A DNA stretch of 6,475 nucleotides from Fonticula alba ATCC 38817. Taxonomy: Eukaryota > Protista > Nucleariida. The notes beneath the pieces are model-generated. The model did no database searches. It was not told the DNA's origin and saw nothing but the letters and a program-made list of their open reading frames with translations. The position numbers and the translations under genes were made by a program. Shown piece by piece: positions 6,438 through 6,475 of this stretch (positions are counted from its first letter, which is position 1; each line of letters starts with the position of its first letter). The DNA lies in NCBI GenBank assembly GCA_000388065.2, contig KB932201.1; one strand, given 5' to 3'.

Positions 6438-6475
6438 CTGGATTGCAAAGAGACAGGGAGAGAGAGAGAGAGAGA
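6438..6475 (-). other. 3' end of PPase intron, with (TC)9 tract ((GA)9 at 6458-6475 on +) and CAG acceptor
   Basis: On the minus strand, a TC repeat and pyrimidine tract end in CAG at 6440-6438, directly before the in-frame DGDPID. Confidence 0.85.

Noticed and set aside
1-6475. Functional gene cluster linking PDHB, CENP-T, V-ATPase F and PPase
   Set aside because: The genes have unrelated functions and alternate in strand, which is ordinary gene-dense eukaryotic arrangement. No tRNA, rRNA or mobile-element signature was recognised.

Overview
GC-rich, intron-containing eukaryotic DNA, probably from a protist with aerobic mitochondria; no prokaryotic features are present. Four genes alternate in strand. 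(1) The last exon of pyruvate dehydrogenase E1 beta (+, 38-182). (2) A long gene (-, 3700 to 733) encoding a Pro/Ala-rich disordered protein with a C-terminal CENP-T-type histone fold, about 860-875 aa once repaired. (3) A complete 4-exon V-ATPase subunit F gene (+, 4850-5594, 119 aa). (4) The last two exons of a family I soluble inorganic pyrophosphatase (-, 6437 to 5867). The apparent frameshift and 115-bp tandem duplication inside the CENP-T gene surround an Illumina adapter (CCTACACGACGCTCTTCCGATCT, 2214-2236). They are an assembly artefact, and removing 136 bp restores one ORF. A 315-N gap lies at 3787-4101. I found no convincing novel multi-gene system. The best leads are the divergent CENP-T with candidate kinetochore-binding motifs, a splice junction in its histone fold that does not fit cleanly, and unexplained splice-like signals at 4102-4570. 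All protein assignments come from recalled family motifs, not database searches.
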